Of a stretch of 64,000 bases of DNA, positions 10,385 through 19,984 are shown piece after piece. The stretch is from contig JAJPIO010000008.1 in the NCBI GenBank assembly GCA_021324735.1, positions 22,508 through 86,507 of the forward strand, in the 5' to 3' direction. Numbering within the stretch: the stretch's first letter is position 1; each line of letters opens with the position of its first letter. This DNA comes from Bacteroidota bacterium (lineage in GTDB: Bacteria > Bacteroidota > Ignavibacteria > Palsa-1295). Under the pieces are notes generated by a model, which saw only the letters and a list, made by a program, of their open reading frames with translations, ran no database searches and had not been told where the DNA came from. The translations under genes were made by a program, and so were the position numbers.

Positions 10385-10846
10385 TTAAATTTCTGACAAC
10401 GCTTCCATTACTGCATCGACATGTCCCTCGACCTTGACCTTCGGGAAGATCTTCGCGATCTTTCCTTTCTCGTCGATGATGAACGTGGTACGCTCAACGC
10501 CCATATACTTTCGGCCATACATGGACTTCTCTTTCCAAACACCATACTCGTTTACGATCTCTTTATCTGGGTCCGCGACGAGGGGAAAGGTGAGATCATA
10601 TTTATCCTTGAATTTTTCGTGGCTCTTTTCGGAGTCCGGGCTTACACCGAGCACCACGGCATCTTTACGCTTGATGCGAGCCAGATTATCCCGAAAGTTG
10701 CATGCTTCTTTCGTGCATCCTGATGTATCATCCTTCGGATAAAAATAGAGGACGACCTTCTTACCACGAAAATCCTTAAGCGAAATATCGTGTCCCTTAT
10801 CGTCCTTCGCTTTAAAATCGGGTGCTTTATCACCTTCTTGTAACAT
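10385..10846 (-). CDS. bcp: Thioredoxin-dependent thiol peroxidase (BCP/PrxQ)
   Basis: LYFYPKDDTSGCTKEACNFRD, ERTTFIID. Confidence 0.95.
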   Translation of the reverse strand: MLQEGDKAPDFKAKDDKGHDISLKDFRGKKVVLYFYPKDDTSGCTKEACNFRDNLARIKRKDAVVLGVSPDSEKSHEKFKDKYDLTFPLVADPDKEIVNEYGVWKEKSMYGRKYMGVERTTFIIDEKGKIAKIFPKVKVEGHVDAVMEALSEI

Positions 10847-10891
10847 CGTGCATTCCTTACTTGAAATTCGCTACCAAAAGCCTGAAGTTCG

Positions 10892-11383
10892 TTATCTAAA
10901 ATTTACTTGCGATTCCCCTTTCGTCACCATCGCGACTTTCCAGGGTTTGCCCTCTTCGCGCACCATCCAGAAGAACGCCGCATCCTCACCGGCGTTCGGC
11001 GACTTCACCTTCACCATACCGGTCTCGGCAATATGATTGGTGTCCAAGAGTGCGCCTTCCAGCTCTGGTTCGAGGTTGCGATCGACATCGGCCGAAGAAC
11101 TGCCTTTGAACTTCCTCTCGTGGGCATCATAAAACGTGTTGAACCACGACCGCATGTCGCTTGCGACAAATGGATTCTGAAAATACTCTTTGAATTTGTA
11201 GGTCGCGATCATCGAATCACGTCCTAACGCATTATTATGAGTTACGGCATCGGCGAATTGCCGAGCTGCGCCCACCTCCTCGGATGCGCCCCGGTCACAG
11301 CCAGTAAAAAATGGGATAACGACTACGATCACAACAACACTAAGAAAGTGCCACGGCTGTGAGGACCCGTTTGTCTTTGACAT
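10892..11383 (-). CDS. Hypothetical lipoprotein
   Basis: Hydrophobic stretch ending in lipobox-like FFTGC. Start uncertain because it overlaps the upstream gene. Confidence 0.6.
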   Translation of the reverse strand: MSKTNGSSQPWHFLSVVVIVVVIPFFTGCDRGASEEVGAARQFADAVTHNNALGRDSMIATYKFKEYFQNPFVASDMRSWFNTFYDAHERKFKGSSSADVDRNLEPELEGALLDTNHIAETGMVKVKSPNAGEDAAFFWMVREEGKPWKVAMVTKGESQVNFR

Positions 11384-12194
11384 AAAGAAGATGGTCGTGA
11401 CTGAGAAAAAAATTATCTGGTAGCGCTAAGGGCGTTTCTTTGGCTAAGGTTTCTTGGAAAACAACCCGTTCGCGATCAAAAACCGCAAGTTCGCTCCGTA
11501 GAACATTCTGGAGTCGTGCTTGCGCTCCTTCAGCTCGGCGGTGGTATGCGAGCACCCGATAGCTACCACGTTCGAGCGATTCGATCGCACCACGCAACTC
11601 GTCGGCGCTCGAAACCGTATCGATGAGCCGGCAAGCACTTTGAAACGGCTCGCCACTCCGAACACGCTCTGCAAAATGTGTGAACGGATCGTGCTCGTCA
11701 ATAAGACCCCTGGCGATCTCTACCGGTGCCGAATCACTGCCGAAGTTGTCGATGATCGCTCCTGTATCCGGAAAAAGAGTAAGGTATTCGCGATGAGAAA
11801 ATCCCTGCCGTATAGCATATACCTTACCCTCCGCTAAAAATAAATAGGCCACATCCGCATCCTGCCAACGTAGTGCGCCCGTGGTAATATCCAAGGCAAT
11901 GATGCCTTTGGGCTCGGGAAGATTAGGGCTACGAAATGTTTGGACGAAGAGGGTATCCTTCGTTGCTTTTTCGATACCAAACCACCACGGCTCCGGTAGT
12001 ACGGTATCGCGCCACAGGGTTACACCTGTTTTAATATTAATGGCGAAGAGCGATCCTTGCTTCGCTTCCACGTTGCGCTCTTCACCAACAAGAATACCGG
12101 CAGATGAGACGAGAAGCTTCCAAATGATCGTTTGCTCGTCCCGTGTTTCGAAGGACCATCGCGGTGTTAATTTGCGGCGCGAAAGCAGGCTCAT
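11340..12194 (-). CDS. DUF4905-like / PQQ-repeat protein
   Basis: WKL...GEER, INIKTGVTLW, EPWWFGI, P.PKGIIALDITTGALRW, PDNFFL. Confidence 0.7.
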   Translation of the reverse strand: MSLLSRRKLTPRWSFETRDEQTIIWKLLVSSAGILVGEERNVEAKQGSLFAINIKTGVTLWRDTVLPEPWWFGIEKATKDTLFVQTFRSPNLPEPKGIIALDITTGALRWQDADVAYLFLAEGKVYAIRQGFSHREYLTLFPDTGAIIDNFGSDSAPVEIARGLIDEHDPFTHFAERVRSGEPFQSACRLIDTVSSADELRGAIESLERGSYRVLAYHRRAEGAQARLQNVLRSELAVFDRERVVFQETLAKETPLALPDNFFLSHDHLLYVKDKRVLTAVALS

Positions 12195-12353
12195 TGCTCC
12201 GCAGCAAGCGAAACAACCGAGCACTTCGTTCCGCATAAACCGGGATGTTCTTCGGACCATAAATTCGGAACTACTTACCATAGCTTCGCTTTGACTCGAA
12301 AGCCTTTACTTTGTCTCTTTCGGGACCTTTATTTGTCTCTTTGGAGGTGTGTT

Positions 12354-14318
12354 ATGTTGACCATGTCTCGGAGTTTCCTCGTCCTCATTCTTGCGATAGC
12401 ATTTTCTTTCACGGCCTGCCAGTATCTTAGCCAGCCGACGAATTCCTCACCGTCTGGAAGTGGCAACCTTATAACGGGGCCGACGCGGCAAGTCGCACAA
12501 CAAACCGTTACTCCGACAGGAGGAACGATCAATGTTTCAATGCCCGGCGATTCACTCGATGGCTTAACGCTCACAGTGCCGAACGGAGGGTACGCGGACG
12601 CGCGGTCATTCACTGTTTCGGAAGCACATATTAATAGCCACACGTTTGGCTCCGATTTCGATCCGATCTCACCGCTTATTACCATTTCGAATGGCGGCGA
12701 TTATTCGTCAACGCCGATGCTGCTGCGGATACCGTGTCACATCGCTCCCGGCAAATTTGCGATGGCATTCTTTTATGACCCAAGCACGAACACATTAGAA
12801 GGCATGCCACTCATCGAGGAAGATTCTGCCGGCATTACAGTGGCAACTCGCCATTTTGAATCGCTCACCGACGCGAACCGCGCTGCGCCGGGTGGCAAAC
12901 AAGTGCCGAATAATCTTACCGCGTCCGAGATCGTATGCACGCAGATCGATTCAACGCTACTCGAACAAAAGAACTCAAGTGAATTCGAACCGGGTATCGA
13001 TGACTTGCAGGACACAAATTTCGGATCCTATTTGGCGCCGAACGGCCAATGCGAGGGACAATCGCAAGCAGAGATGTGGTATTACGAGCACCGCAAATCC
13101 GGCCAGGGCGCGCTCTACAATAAGTATAACGGCGGGACACCCAACTTCCAATGGGACGATCGACTTACCATGCGGCTTGCGGGCGTCCTGCAGTCGGATC
13201 GCAACTCTACGGATATTGCCGAAAACCAACTGATCCTGCTGCAGGCTAAAAAGGGCTATATTACTCCGGGCAAAATGTTTTATGCGTTCGCCTATACGAT
13301 CCGACTTACGCATCAACCGCAACTATGTATCGTCGGAACGGCAAAGTTTCCTGGTACTAATAAGCCCGCCTTTCATGCAATCGTCGCCTACGCTACGGAA
13401 GGCATTTCTATTTTAGTCGCTGATCCGAATGAACCTGGAGATGACTCAAGGATGATCCAACTCAACTTTGGCTCTTGGATTCCATATTCCTTTGGAGGCA
13501 ATGGCATACTTCAGCCGAGCATTCCTTTTGAGCAAGTTGCCTATTGGGGTAAGACAGCGTTTTTTAAGTGGCATTCGATCAGCTCCCGCTTTTCCGAATT
13601 CGATGCCGGTACGATCGGTAACGGCAGTTATCCGAACTACACGTTGAAGGTGCTCGATACCAACGACAATTATGTTGTTTTGCACGATGGCGACCAAGTT
13701 GATTCTGTCAGCAATTTTCTGCCCTCCTCTTCCACCAGTTTAAAGCTGAGATTGTGGGATGCGACATTCAAGCTGGTCCCAGGCGACGGTGCTCGGTTCT
13801 CGCTTCCACTTGGCAAACAAAAGTATGGATTCGAAGTGCAGGATACAGGCGGCCATTGGGTCGATTTTCAGTGGCTGACGCTCAATGTTAACGCACCCGC
13901 TCCCTCAATTGGATGTCAATTTTCAGCCTCTCAGGACGGAGTCCCACTTTCCTTCGGAGCTGGTAGTAATTTAATAAGCAACTCGATGATCCTTCCTCAC
14001 GGCGTATTGAACATCGGCGCCACATGGAATGAAGACCCGACCAACTCATTCAACTATAGCAGTATTTATATTCAGACCAAGGATTCGGTTACAGGCCCGG
14101 GTACCTATGATGTTTGGTTTGGTACCAGCGTCACTCGGTACGTTCTAAACCAGGGTCATTATTATCAATCGCAGTATATCTTCACCGATGGAACGGTTAC
14201 GATCACGCAATGGAGCGCTCATACGGTACAAGGTACATTCACCTTCCATGCTTCTCATTCAGGACAAACGACCGACCCGAAAATTTTGGTGACTGGAAGC
14301 TTTTCGTGCACGATGTAA
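12354..14318 (+). CDS. Large surface lipoprotein with putative papain-fold (Cys-His-Asp) domain
   Basis: GGAGGT RBS, lipobox FTAC, ZU5-like N-terminal region (GGTI...LTVP...RHF), then GQCEG, HAIVAY and ADPN. Confidence 0.6.
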   Translation: MLTMSRSFLVLILAIAFSFTACQYLSQPTNSSPSGSGNLITGPTRQVAQQTVTPTGGTINVSMPGDSLDGLTLTVPNGGYADARSFTVSEAHINSHTFGSDFDPISPLITISNGGDYSSTPMLLRIPCHIAPGKFAMAFFYDPSTNTLEGMPLIEEDSAGITVATRHFESLTDANRAAPGGKQVPNNLTASEIVCTQIDSTLLEQKNSSEFEPGIDDLQDTNFGSYLAPNGQCEGQSQAEMWYYEHRKSGQGALYNKYNGGTPNFQWDDRLTMRLAGVLQSDRNSTDIAENQLILLQAKKGYITPGKMFYAFAYTIRLTHQPQLCIVGTAKFPGTNKPAFHAIVAYATEGISILVADPNEPGDDSRMIQLNFGSWIPYSFGGNGILQPSIPFEQVAYWGKTAFFKWHSISSRFSEFDAGTIGNGSYPNYTLKVLDTNDNYVVLHDGDQVDSVSNFLPSSSTSLKLRLWDATFKLVPGDGARFSLPLGKQKYGFEVQDTGGHWVDFQWLTLNVNAPAPSIGCQFSASQDGVPLSFGAGSNLISNSMILPHGVLNIGATWNEDPTNSFNYSSIYIQTKDSVTGPGTYDVWFGTSVTRYVLNQGHYYQSQYIFTDGTVTITQWSAHTVQGTFTFHASHSGQTTDPKILVTGSFSCTM

Positions 14319-14373
14319 AACGAGCTCGGTTCTTTCTTGCGGCCACAATTATATTTCGCGACGCGATTCTTCG

Positions 14374-14381
14374 TAATTTTG
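14374..14381 (+). promoter_or_regulatory. Bacteroidetes-type -7 promoter box (TAnnTTTG) upstream of purD
   Basis: TAATTTTG about 55 bp before the purD ATG. Confidence 0.45.
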
Positions 14382-14433
14382 TAGGCCCCGGAAAGAATTA
14401 CTCCTTACTCGATACTCGTTACAAGCACGATAT

Positions 14434-15747
14434 ATGCGAATCCTTGTCTTGGGCGGCGGCGCCAGAGAGCACGCCATTTGTTGGAAGCTTAAACAATCCC
14501 CTCGTGTAGCCAAAATCTTTTGCGCTCCCGGCAATGCCGGCATCGCGCAAATTGCCGAATCGGTCGAGCTGATCCCCACTGATGTTAAAGCCGTCGTCGG
14601 GTTTGCCTTGCGCGAACGGATCGATCTCGTCGTGGTCGGTCCTGAGGGGCCTCTGGCCGTGGGTGTTGCGGATGCACTGGATAAAGAACGAATTCCCGTC
14701 TTTGGTCCGCGTAAAAATGCCGCGCTACTCGAAAGCTCCAAAGCGTTTGCAAAGGAATTCATGCAGCGGCACGATATCCCGACCGCCCGCTATGCGGTGT
14801 TCTCCTTTGAAGAGCAGATCGAGTGTCGTGCGTTTTTGCGGCATGTTAACTATCCTGCGGTCATCAAGGCCGACGGGCTCGCGGCAGGAAAAGGCGTGAT
14901 GATCTGCGAGACAGAAGCCGAAGCTACCCATGCGCTCGATGAGATCTTTACACACCGTATTTTTGGCGAAGCAGGACAGCGCGTTGTCATCGAAGAATTT
15001 ATGGAAGGCGAAGAAGCGAGCGTCTTCGCTCTTACCGATGGTGTCGATTACGCGGTACTGGCTTCAGCGCAGGACCATAAACGTATCTTGGATGGTGACC
15101 GTGGTAAAAATACCGGCGGCATGGGTGCTTACGCACCGGCGCCGATCGTCACCGAAGACATTATCGAGCAGGTCAAGAAAGAGATCATCGAGCGTACATT
15201 AAAAGGCCTTCGCGAGGAAGGGCGCATGTATAGAGGTGTACTCTACTGCGGCCTTATGATCACGAACGGTTATGCGCGCGTCGTCGAATTCAACGTTCGT
15301 TTTGGTGACCCGGAAGCAGAAGTGGTCATACCGCTCATCGATGGAGACTTTGCCGAGATCCTTCTTGCGTGTGCCGAGGGACGGCTCTCCACCGTATTAC
15401 CGATCAAGCAATTCCAAGCATCGGCTGTGACGATCGTGATGGCAAGCCAGGGCTATCCCGATAGCTACCAAACAGGTGAGGTCATTAGTGGACTGGAAGA
15501 ATTCAATCAGAAGCGTGAGATCGAAGAGGGTACCGTCGTCTTTCACGGTGCTACGAAGCTGGATGATAAAAATCACTATTTAACTTCCGGCGGTCGTGTG
15601 CTTTCTGTTACAGCCGTCGGGTTTGCGGAAGATCTGCGACAAACCATCACTCAAGCCTATAATGCAGTCTCGCAGATCAGCTTTAATGGCGCCTACTATC
15701 GCAGCGATATCGGCAAAAAGGGACTGAAGGCAATGCAAACGGTGTAG
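14434..15747 (+). CDS. purD: Phosphoribosylamine--glycine ligase
   Basis: GGGAREHA, APGNAG, KADGLAAGKGV, QDHKR, GKNTGGMGAY, EFNVRFGDPE, TSGGRVL, YRSDIG. Confidence 0.98.
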   Translation: MRILVLGGGAREHAICWKLKQSPRVAKIFCAPGNAGIAQIAESVELIPTDVKAVVGFALRERIDLVVVGPEGPLAVGVADALDKERIPVFGPRKNAALLESSKAFAKEFMQRHDIPTARYAVFSFEEQIECRAFLRHVNYPAVIKADGLAAGKGVMICETEAEATHALDEIFTHRIFGEAGQRVVIEEFMEGEEASVFALTDGVDYAVLASAQDHKRILDGDRGKNTGGMGAYAPAPIVTEDIIEQVKKEIIERTLKGLREEGRMYRGVLYCGLMITNGYARVVEFNVRFGDPEAEVVIPLIDGDFAEILLACAEGRLSTVLPIKQFQASAVTIVMASQGYPDSYQTGEVISGLEEFNQKREIEEGTVVFHGATKLDDKNHYLTSGGRVLSVTAVGFAEDLRQTITQAYNAVSQISFNGAYYRSDIGKKGLKAMQTV

Positions 15748-15750
15748 CTG

Positions 15751-18015
15751 CTAAAACTCGTACCGTATCCCTACAATTGGTACGATTGGAAGATCGTAGT
15801 CTTCGCCAACGGTCGCGTATCCGTTACTAAACTTTACATATCGGTATACGACGTTATTCACGTCGAGAGCATTTAAGATACTCGCGTATATCGTAAGCGC
15901 CGACCGCTGCCAGTTGAAGTGAAATTCCAGGTTAATATCTAACCGTACATAGGGTGGATTACGAGCGCTATACGCATGCGCCGAATCAAGCACTTCGCGT
16001 CCGGTCGCATACGATTGTTCGAGATCGAAGGGCGTATACATGCCTCCGCCGGCGATCGTAAATTTCTCACCGAGTGTCATCATCGATGACGGACTAAGAG
16101 CGATATCGAATCCACTGACAGCATTCAGAATGTAGACGTTATCGAACGTCCCGAAATGCCATATGCCATTTGACCCGGCAAACTCCTGTCGAACAAGCGA
16201 AGCGGTACCCGTCACAAAGTAGCCCGACGAGTAATGTTTTAATACGGTAAGTTCAGCGCCGTATGTCCGCCCGGTGCCCTTATTTGTAAGGTCACTGAAG
16301 TCAATTCGGCTTGCATATCCTTCATTCAGGAGGGAATAATCATCGAGTGTTGACGCATGAATCGGAACATCGGTATAGTGCTTAAGGTATGTTTCCGCTT
16401 TAATGAGCAGGTCATCCGAGGCGCGAAATGTATAGCCAGCTACATAATGTGCGGCCTTTGTAAAGGCGAACGGCTCCGGTTGCTCGTGTATTCCAAAGGC
16501 GAGGGAAAACGTATGAGCTTCCTCCGGCGACCACGCAAGAGAAACGCGTGGTTCGAGTGTCCAGGTGGAATCGGTCACGACAAATTGAGAAGCGATCCAC
16601 GGAAGATGCCAATACATATATTGGCTAAAGACGCCAGTATTTAGAACGAGTGGAGGAGCAATGCGCCAATTCCAATTCAGGAATGCGGTGTAATCGTTCG
16701 AATAAAACGAGGTATCGAATCGATAGCCATCGATATTTTGAAGCTCATAGTTACCGCGTTGTGCGGAAGCACCCGCCTCTATTGAATGAAACGCATTTGG
16801 AGTGTAAGTGAGAGTTGTCTTCGCGGTGGTGTAACCAGTATATACTTTTTCAGTCCCTGAAAAGTATCCGAGGCCTTCCTCATATCGATTGCCGGCATAA
16901 TTCACATACACATGCCCAAGCAGTGCATCGGAGTATAAATGTTGCCAATCGATACCTCCGACAAGAATACCCGAACCCGAGCCCAGCTCTTCATTGGTGG
17001 TGCTTTGCACATTAACGTGAGCGGCTCCCCACAGTCCGGTCATGTTTATCTGATTCCGCTCACCGGCAGGAATGTGAAGCTTCAGCATCGCGTCGTCGAA
17101 ATCGGGAAGGTCGGTATAATCTGAACTGAGAATGCCGACATTCCGTAATACTTCGATCGTGGAATGTCGGTACCCTACTAAATAGGATGCCCCCTCTAAC
17201 TTTGGCAACGGACCTTCCGCAAGCGCTTCCAAACCATTCAGGCTTGCCTCAAGCCGACCCTCGGTGTTTTCGGTGTTGCCATTTCGAGTGTGAAGGTCAA
17301 ATACTGCGGAGAGCCTTGTGCCATACTCGGCAGGAAATGCTCCGCTAAAGAAATCGCTATTACCGAGCATAGCACTATTGATGGCGCTTACTAATCCGCC
17401 CGTCGATCCATTCTTGCCAAAATGATTGGGATTGGGAATATCAATGCCATCTAACCGCCAGAGCAACTCCGTTGGTGAACCGCCGCGCACAACGAGATAA
17501 TTGTTGGTCGAACCGCGGCCATACACACCTGCAAAATTCTCAGCCATTCGGGAAGGGTCCTGAAATGCCGCCGCATACCGGTTCACATCCTCCACACTGA
17601 ATGGTGTTACACTGGAAAGCGCAAACGGATTGACCGGCGTGAGAGCGAGTGTGCCATAGACATTCAATGTATCTCCTTTTTCACTTCGCCGCTCCTGAAG
17701 ACTAAAATCAAGCACTGCCTGATGCGCCGATGTGACTACTACCTCCTGGGTTTGAGATGCAAACTCATTGGACGTGACAGTGACAGAATAGTGGCCCACA
17801 GCCATATTCTGGATGCGGTACTCACCCGTGGAGTTAGTGATCCCGCCAAGCTTGGTGGTCAGCACCTTCACTCGCGCACCAATGATCGGAAGACCAGTGC
17901 TGGCCGCAGTAACGGTCCCGCGAAGCGTACTCGTCTTTCGAGCGAGCGAATCTGCTTGAGAATGCGCCTGAGAGGAAGCAAGTGTGATAAGACACACAAC
18001 GAGAAGACACTTCAT
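15751..18015 (-). CDS. TonB-dependent receptor with N-terminal CarboxypepD_reg-like domain
   Basis: Signal peptide, VRGG..E....LDGIDIPNPNHF, GAFPAEYG.RLS, Y.RLD, C-terminal GIRYEF. Confidence 0.88.
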   Translation of the reverse strand: MKCLLVVCLITLASSQAHSQADSLARKTSTLRGTVTAASTGLPIIGARVKVLTTKLGGITNSTGEYRIQNMAVGHYSVTVTSNEFASQTQEVVVTSAHQAVLDFSLQERRSEKGDTLNVYGTLALTPVNPFALSSVTPFSVEDVNRYAAAFQDPSRMAENFAGVYGRGSTNNYLVVRGGSPTELLWRLDGIDIPNPNHFGKNGSTGGLVSAINSAMLGNSDFFSGAFPAEYGTRLSAVFDLHTRNGNTENTEGRLEASLNGLEALAEGPLPKLEGASYLVGYRHSTIEVLRNVGILSSDYTDLPDFDDAMLKLHIPAGERNQINMTGLWGAAHVNVQSTTNEELGSGSGILVGGIDWQHLYSDALLGHVYVNYAGNRYEEGLGYFSGTEKVYTGYTTAKTTLTYTPNAFHSIEAGASAQRGNYELQNIDGYRFDTSFYSNDYTAFLNWNWRIAPPLVLNTGVFSQYMYWHLPWIASQFVVTDSTWTLEPRVSLAWSPEEAHTFSLAFGIHEQPEPFAFTKAAHYVAGYTFRASDDLLIKAETYLKHYTDVPIHASTLDDYSLLNEGYASRIDFSDLTNKGTGRTYGAELTVLKHYSSGYFVTGTASLVRQEFAGSNGIWHFGTFDNVYILNAVSGFDIALSPSSMMTLGEKFTIAGGGMYTPFDLEQSYATGREVLDSAHAYSARNPPYVRLDINLEFHFNWQRSALTIYASILNALDVNNVVYRYVKFSNGYATVGEDYDLPIVPIVGIRYEF

Positions 18016-18041
18016 ACGCTTTTAATCCGTAGACTGCCGGT

Positions 18042-19241
18042 CTACTTCCCACCCGGCAGTTTCATTTTAATATCCATGGGTCGACCATCGCGAACTATGT
18101 GGAATGTCACTTTCTCACCAACTTCATGGGCGTAAATAGCACTTTGTAAGCCATCCGTACTTCGCACTTTCTCATCATTCACTGCAACAATGAGGTCGCC
18201 AGCATGGAAACCAGCTTGCTCCGCTAAACCACCACGATAGAGTGGATCAACTACTACTCCAACATCATTCTTAATATTGAGATACTCTTTATATTCATCG
18301 GTAAGATCTTGAAATCCCATTCCCAGATTTCCGATGTTATGATTGACGGTTTCTCCAGCCCGCAACCGATCTACAACTTCCTTTATTTTATTGACTGGGA
18401 TCGCAAAGCCCAGTCCGATAGAACCAGCTTGTTCGCCACCGCCTTCGGTCCTTACTACAGCGGTAGTGCGAATCGTTGCATTCATTCCAATCACTTCACC
18501 ATTCGCGTTCAATAATGGACCACCCGAGTTACCGCTCGAGATAGCTGCATCCGTTTGGATCATTCCGCGGTAATTTCTTCCTTCCTCGACACCGAGGTTT
18601 ACATTGGTATTGCTAATTACTCCGACTGTGACAGTGGGCTTGTCGTTGATCGAGAAGAGGCCAAATGGATTACCCATAGCAATAGCCCACTCACCCACCG
18701 CTAAATCGTCAGAGTTACCAAGCTTTAAATAGGGAAGTCCGGTCTTATCGATCTTCAATAAAGAGACATCACTGGCCCGATCTGTCCCGATAAGCTTAGC
18801 ATCGTACTCAGAGCCATCGGTCGTAGTTACGATGATTTTTAAGGCATCTCCGGCAACATGATCGTTGGTAAGTACATATCCATCCGGAGAAATGATGAAT
18901 CCTGAACCAAGCGCTTTTACTTTTGCTCGCTGAGTATAGGTGAAAAATGGATCCCAACCGCCAAATCCCCCCATACCCCCAAAGGGACTTACTTGCACAT
19001 TCCGAATTTCGGTCACATTAATACCCACCACCGCCGGGCTTGCCTTTGCTACGGCAGCAGTGATCGCATTACGTCGCGAACCGGAAACCGTCCCATTGAC
19101 AGAATCCCGATTAGGGCCATGTTGGCTTACGGTGTAAATGTTGTCCGCACCGATGTCTTTTTTACACCCGGCAGTTGGGGCTAAGAGTGAAAGAACTGTT
19201 AAAAGATGGATCAGTATGAGCATTCGTCCTTTTCCAAACAT
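18042..19241 (-). CDS. HtrA/DegP-like serine protease with PDZ domain
   Basis: GSGFII, TNDHV, D.SLLKI, IQTDAAISSGNSGGPL, one PDZ domain; possible lipobox TAGC. Start may be 19223. Confidence 0.93.
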   Translation of the reverse strand: MFGKGRMLILIHLLTVLSLLAPTAGCKKDIGADNIYTVSQHGPNRDSVNGTVSGSRRNAITAAVAKASPAVVGINVTEIRNVQVSPFGGMGGFGGWDPFFTYTQRAKVKALGSGFIISPDGYVLTNDHVAGDALKIIVTTTDGSEYDAKLIGTDRASDVSLLKIDKTGLPYLKLGNSDDLAVGEWAIAMGNPFGLFSINDKPTVTVGVISNTNVNLGVEEGRNYRGMIQTDAAISSGNSGGPLLNANGEVIGMNATIRTTAVVRTEGGGEQAGSIGLGFAIPVNKIKEVVDRLRAGETVNHNIGNLGMGFQDLTDEYKEYLNIKNDVGVVVDPLYRGGLAEQAGFHAGDLIVAVNDEKVRSTDGLQSAIYAHEVGEKVTFHIVRDGRPMDIKMKLPGGK

Positions 19242-19333
19242 AACAAATCGAGTCAGCGGCAAAGCCGTGCTGGCATTGAACAAACGGAAATTATGGGACG
19301 GAGTTTCGGCCCGTTATGACCTAAACCTATGCT

Positions 19334-19975
19334 CTAAACGGTAGGCCGTTTTCTTATAAGCGAGAGAAACGGGCCAATATGCCGAGACAAAATAATAAGC
19401 GCTACGATCAGGATCGAGCGCCTGAGGTCGTCACCGCTTTCGGCCAGCCCACTCCAGGGTATCGTTGCAAGCTCGATTATCTGAGGGGGAAGAAGGAGCA
19501 GGACCAGGCCAATAAGTCCGGTCGCCACGATAGCCCCAAAATGGACGTCATCGTAAATGCGCTTTGCCAAAAGATAGAAGAGAAGCCAAAAAATAACAAC
19601 GGCCGGATTCACCAAAAGTGAAGCGCCCGCCATTGTTGCCAATCCACGACCACCGTGAAACTTCAGCCAGATGGGATAACAATGCCCGAGAACCAACGCC
19701 GGCATGAGAACGAGCAGTGCGGTGGAGTATCCGGCAATCTCGAACAGAAGGACCGGCAGTAGCCCTTTTAGAATATCCGCCACCAGCACCAGCGAGCCGA
19801 TCGACTTTTTGCCGGTCACTTCATAGGCGTTCATCGTGCCGATATTTCGTGAACCGTGCTCTCGAAGGTCGAGCCCAGCGTGGCGCTTAGTGATAAGGTA
19901 CGCGGAGGGTATCGAACCAATAAGATATCCGATCACCCCTCCGAAGATGAGCGAGTTGGAGGAAAGACCCGTCAT
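19334..19975 (-). CDS. plsY: Glycerol-3-phosphate acyltransferase
   Basis: YLIGSIP, DLREHGSRNIG..N, DILKG, GHCYPIWLKFHGGRGLAT, RH. Confidence 0.92.
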   Translation of the reverse strand: MTGLSSNSLIFGGVIGYLIGSIPSAYLITKRHAGLDLREHGSRNIGTMNAYEVTGKKSIGSLVLVADILKGLLPVLLFEIAGYSTALLVLMPALVLGHCYPIWLKFHGGRGLATMAGASLLVNPAVVIFWLLFYLLAKRIYDDVHFGAIVATGLIGLVLLLLPPQIIELATIPWSGLAESGDDLRRSILIVALIILSRHIGPFLSLIRKRPTV

Positions 19976-19984
19976 CGATCCGTT

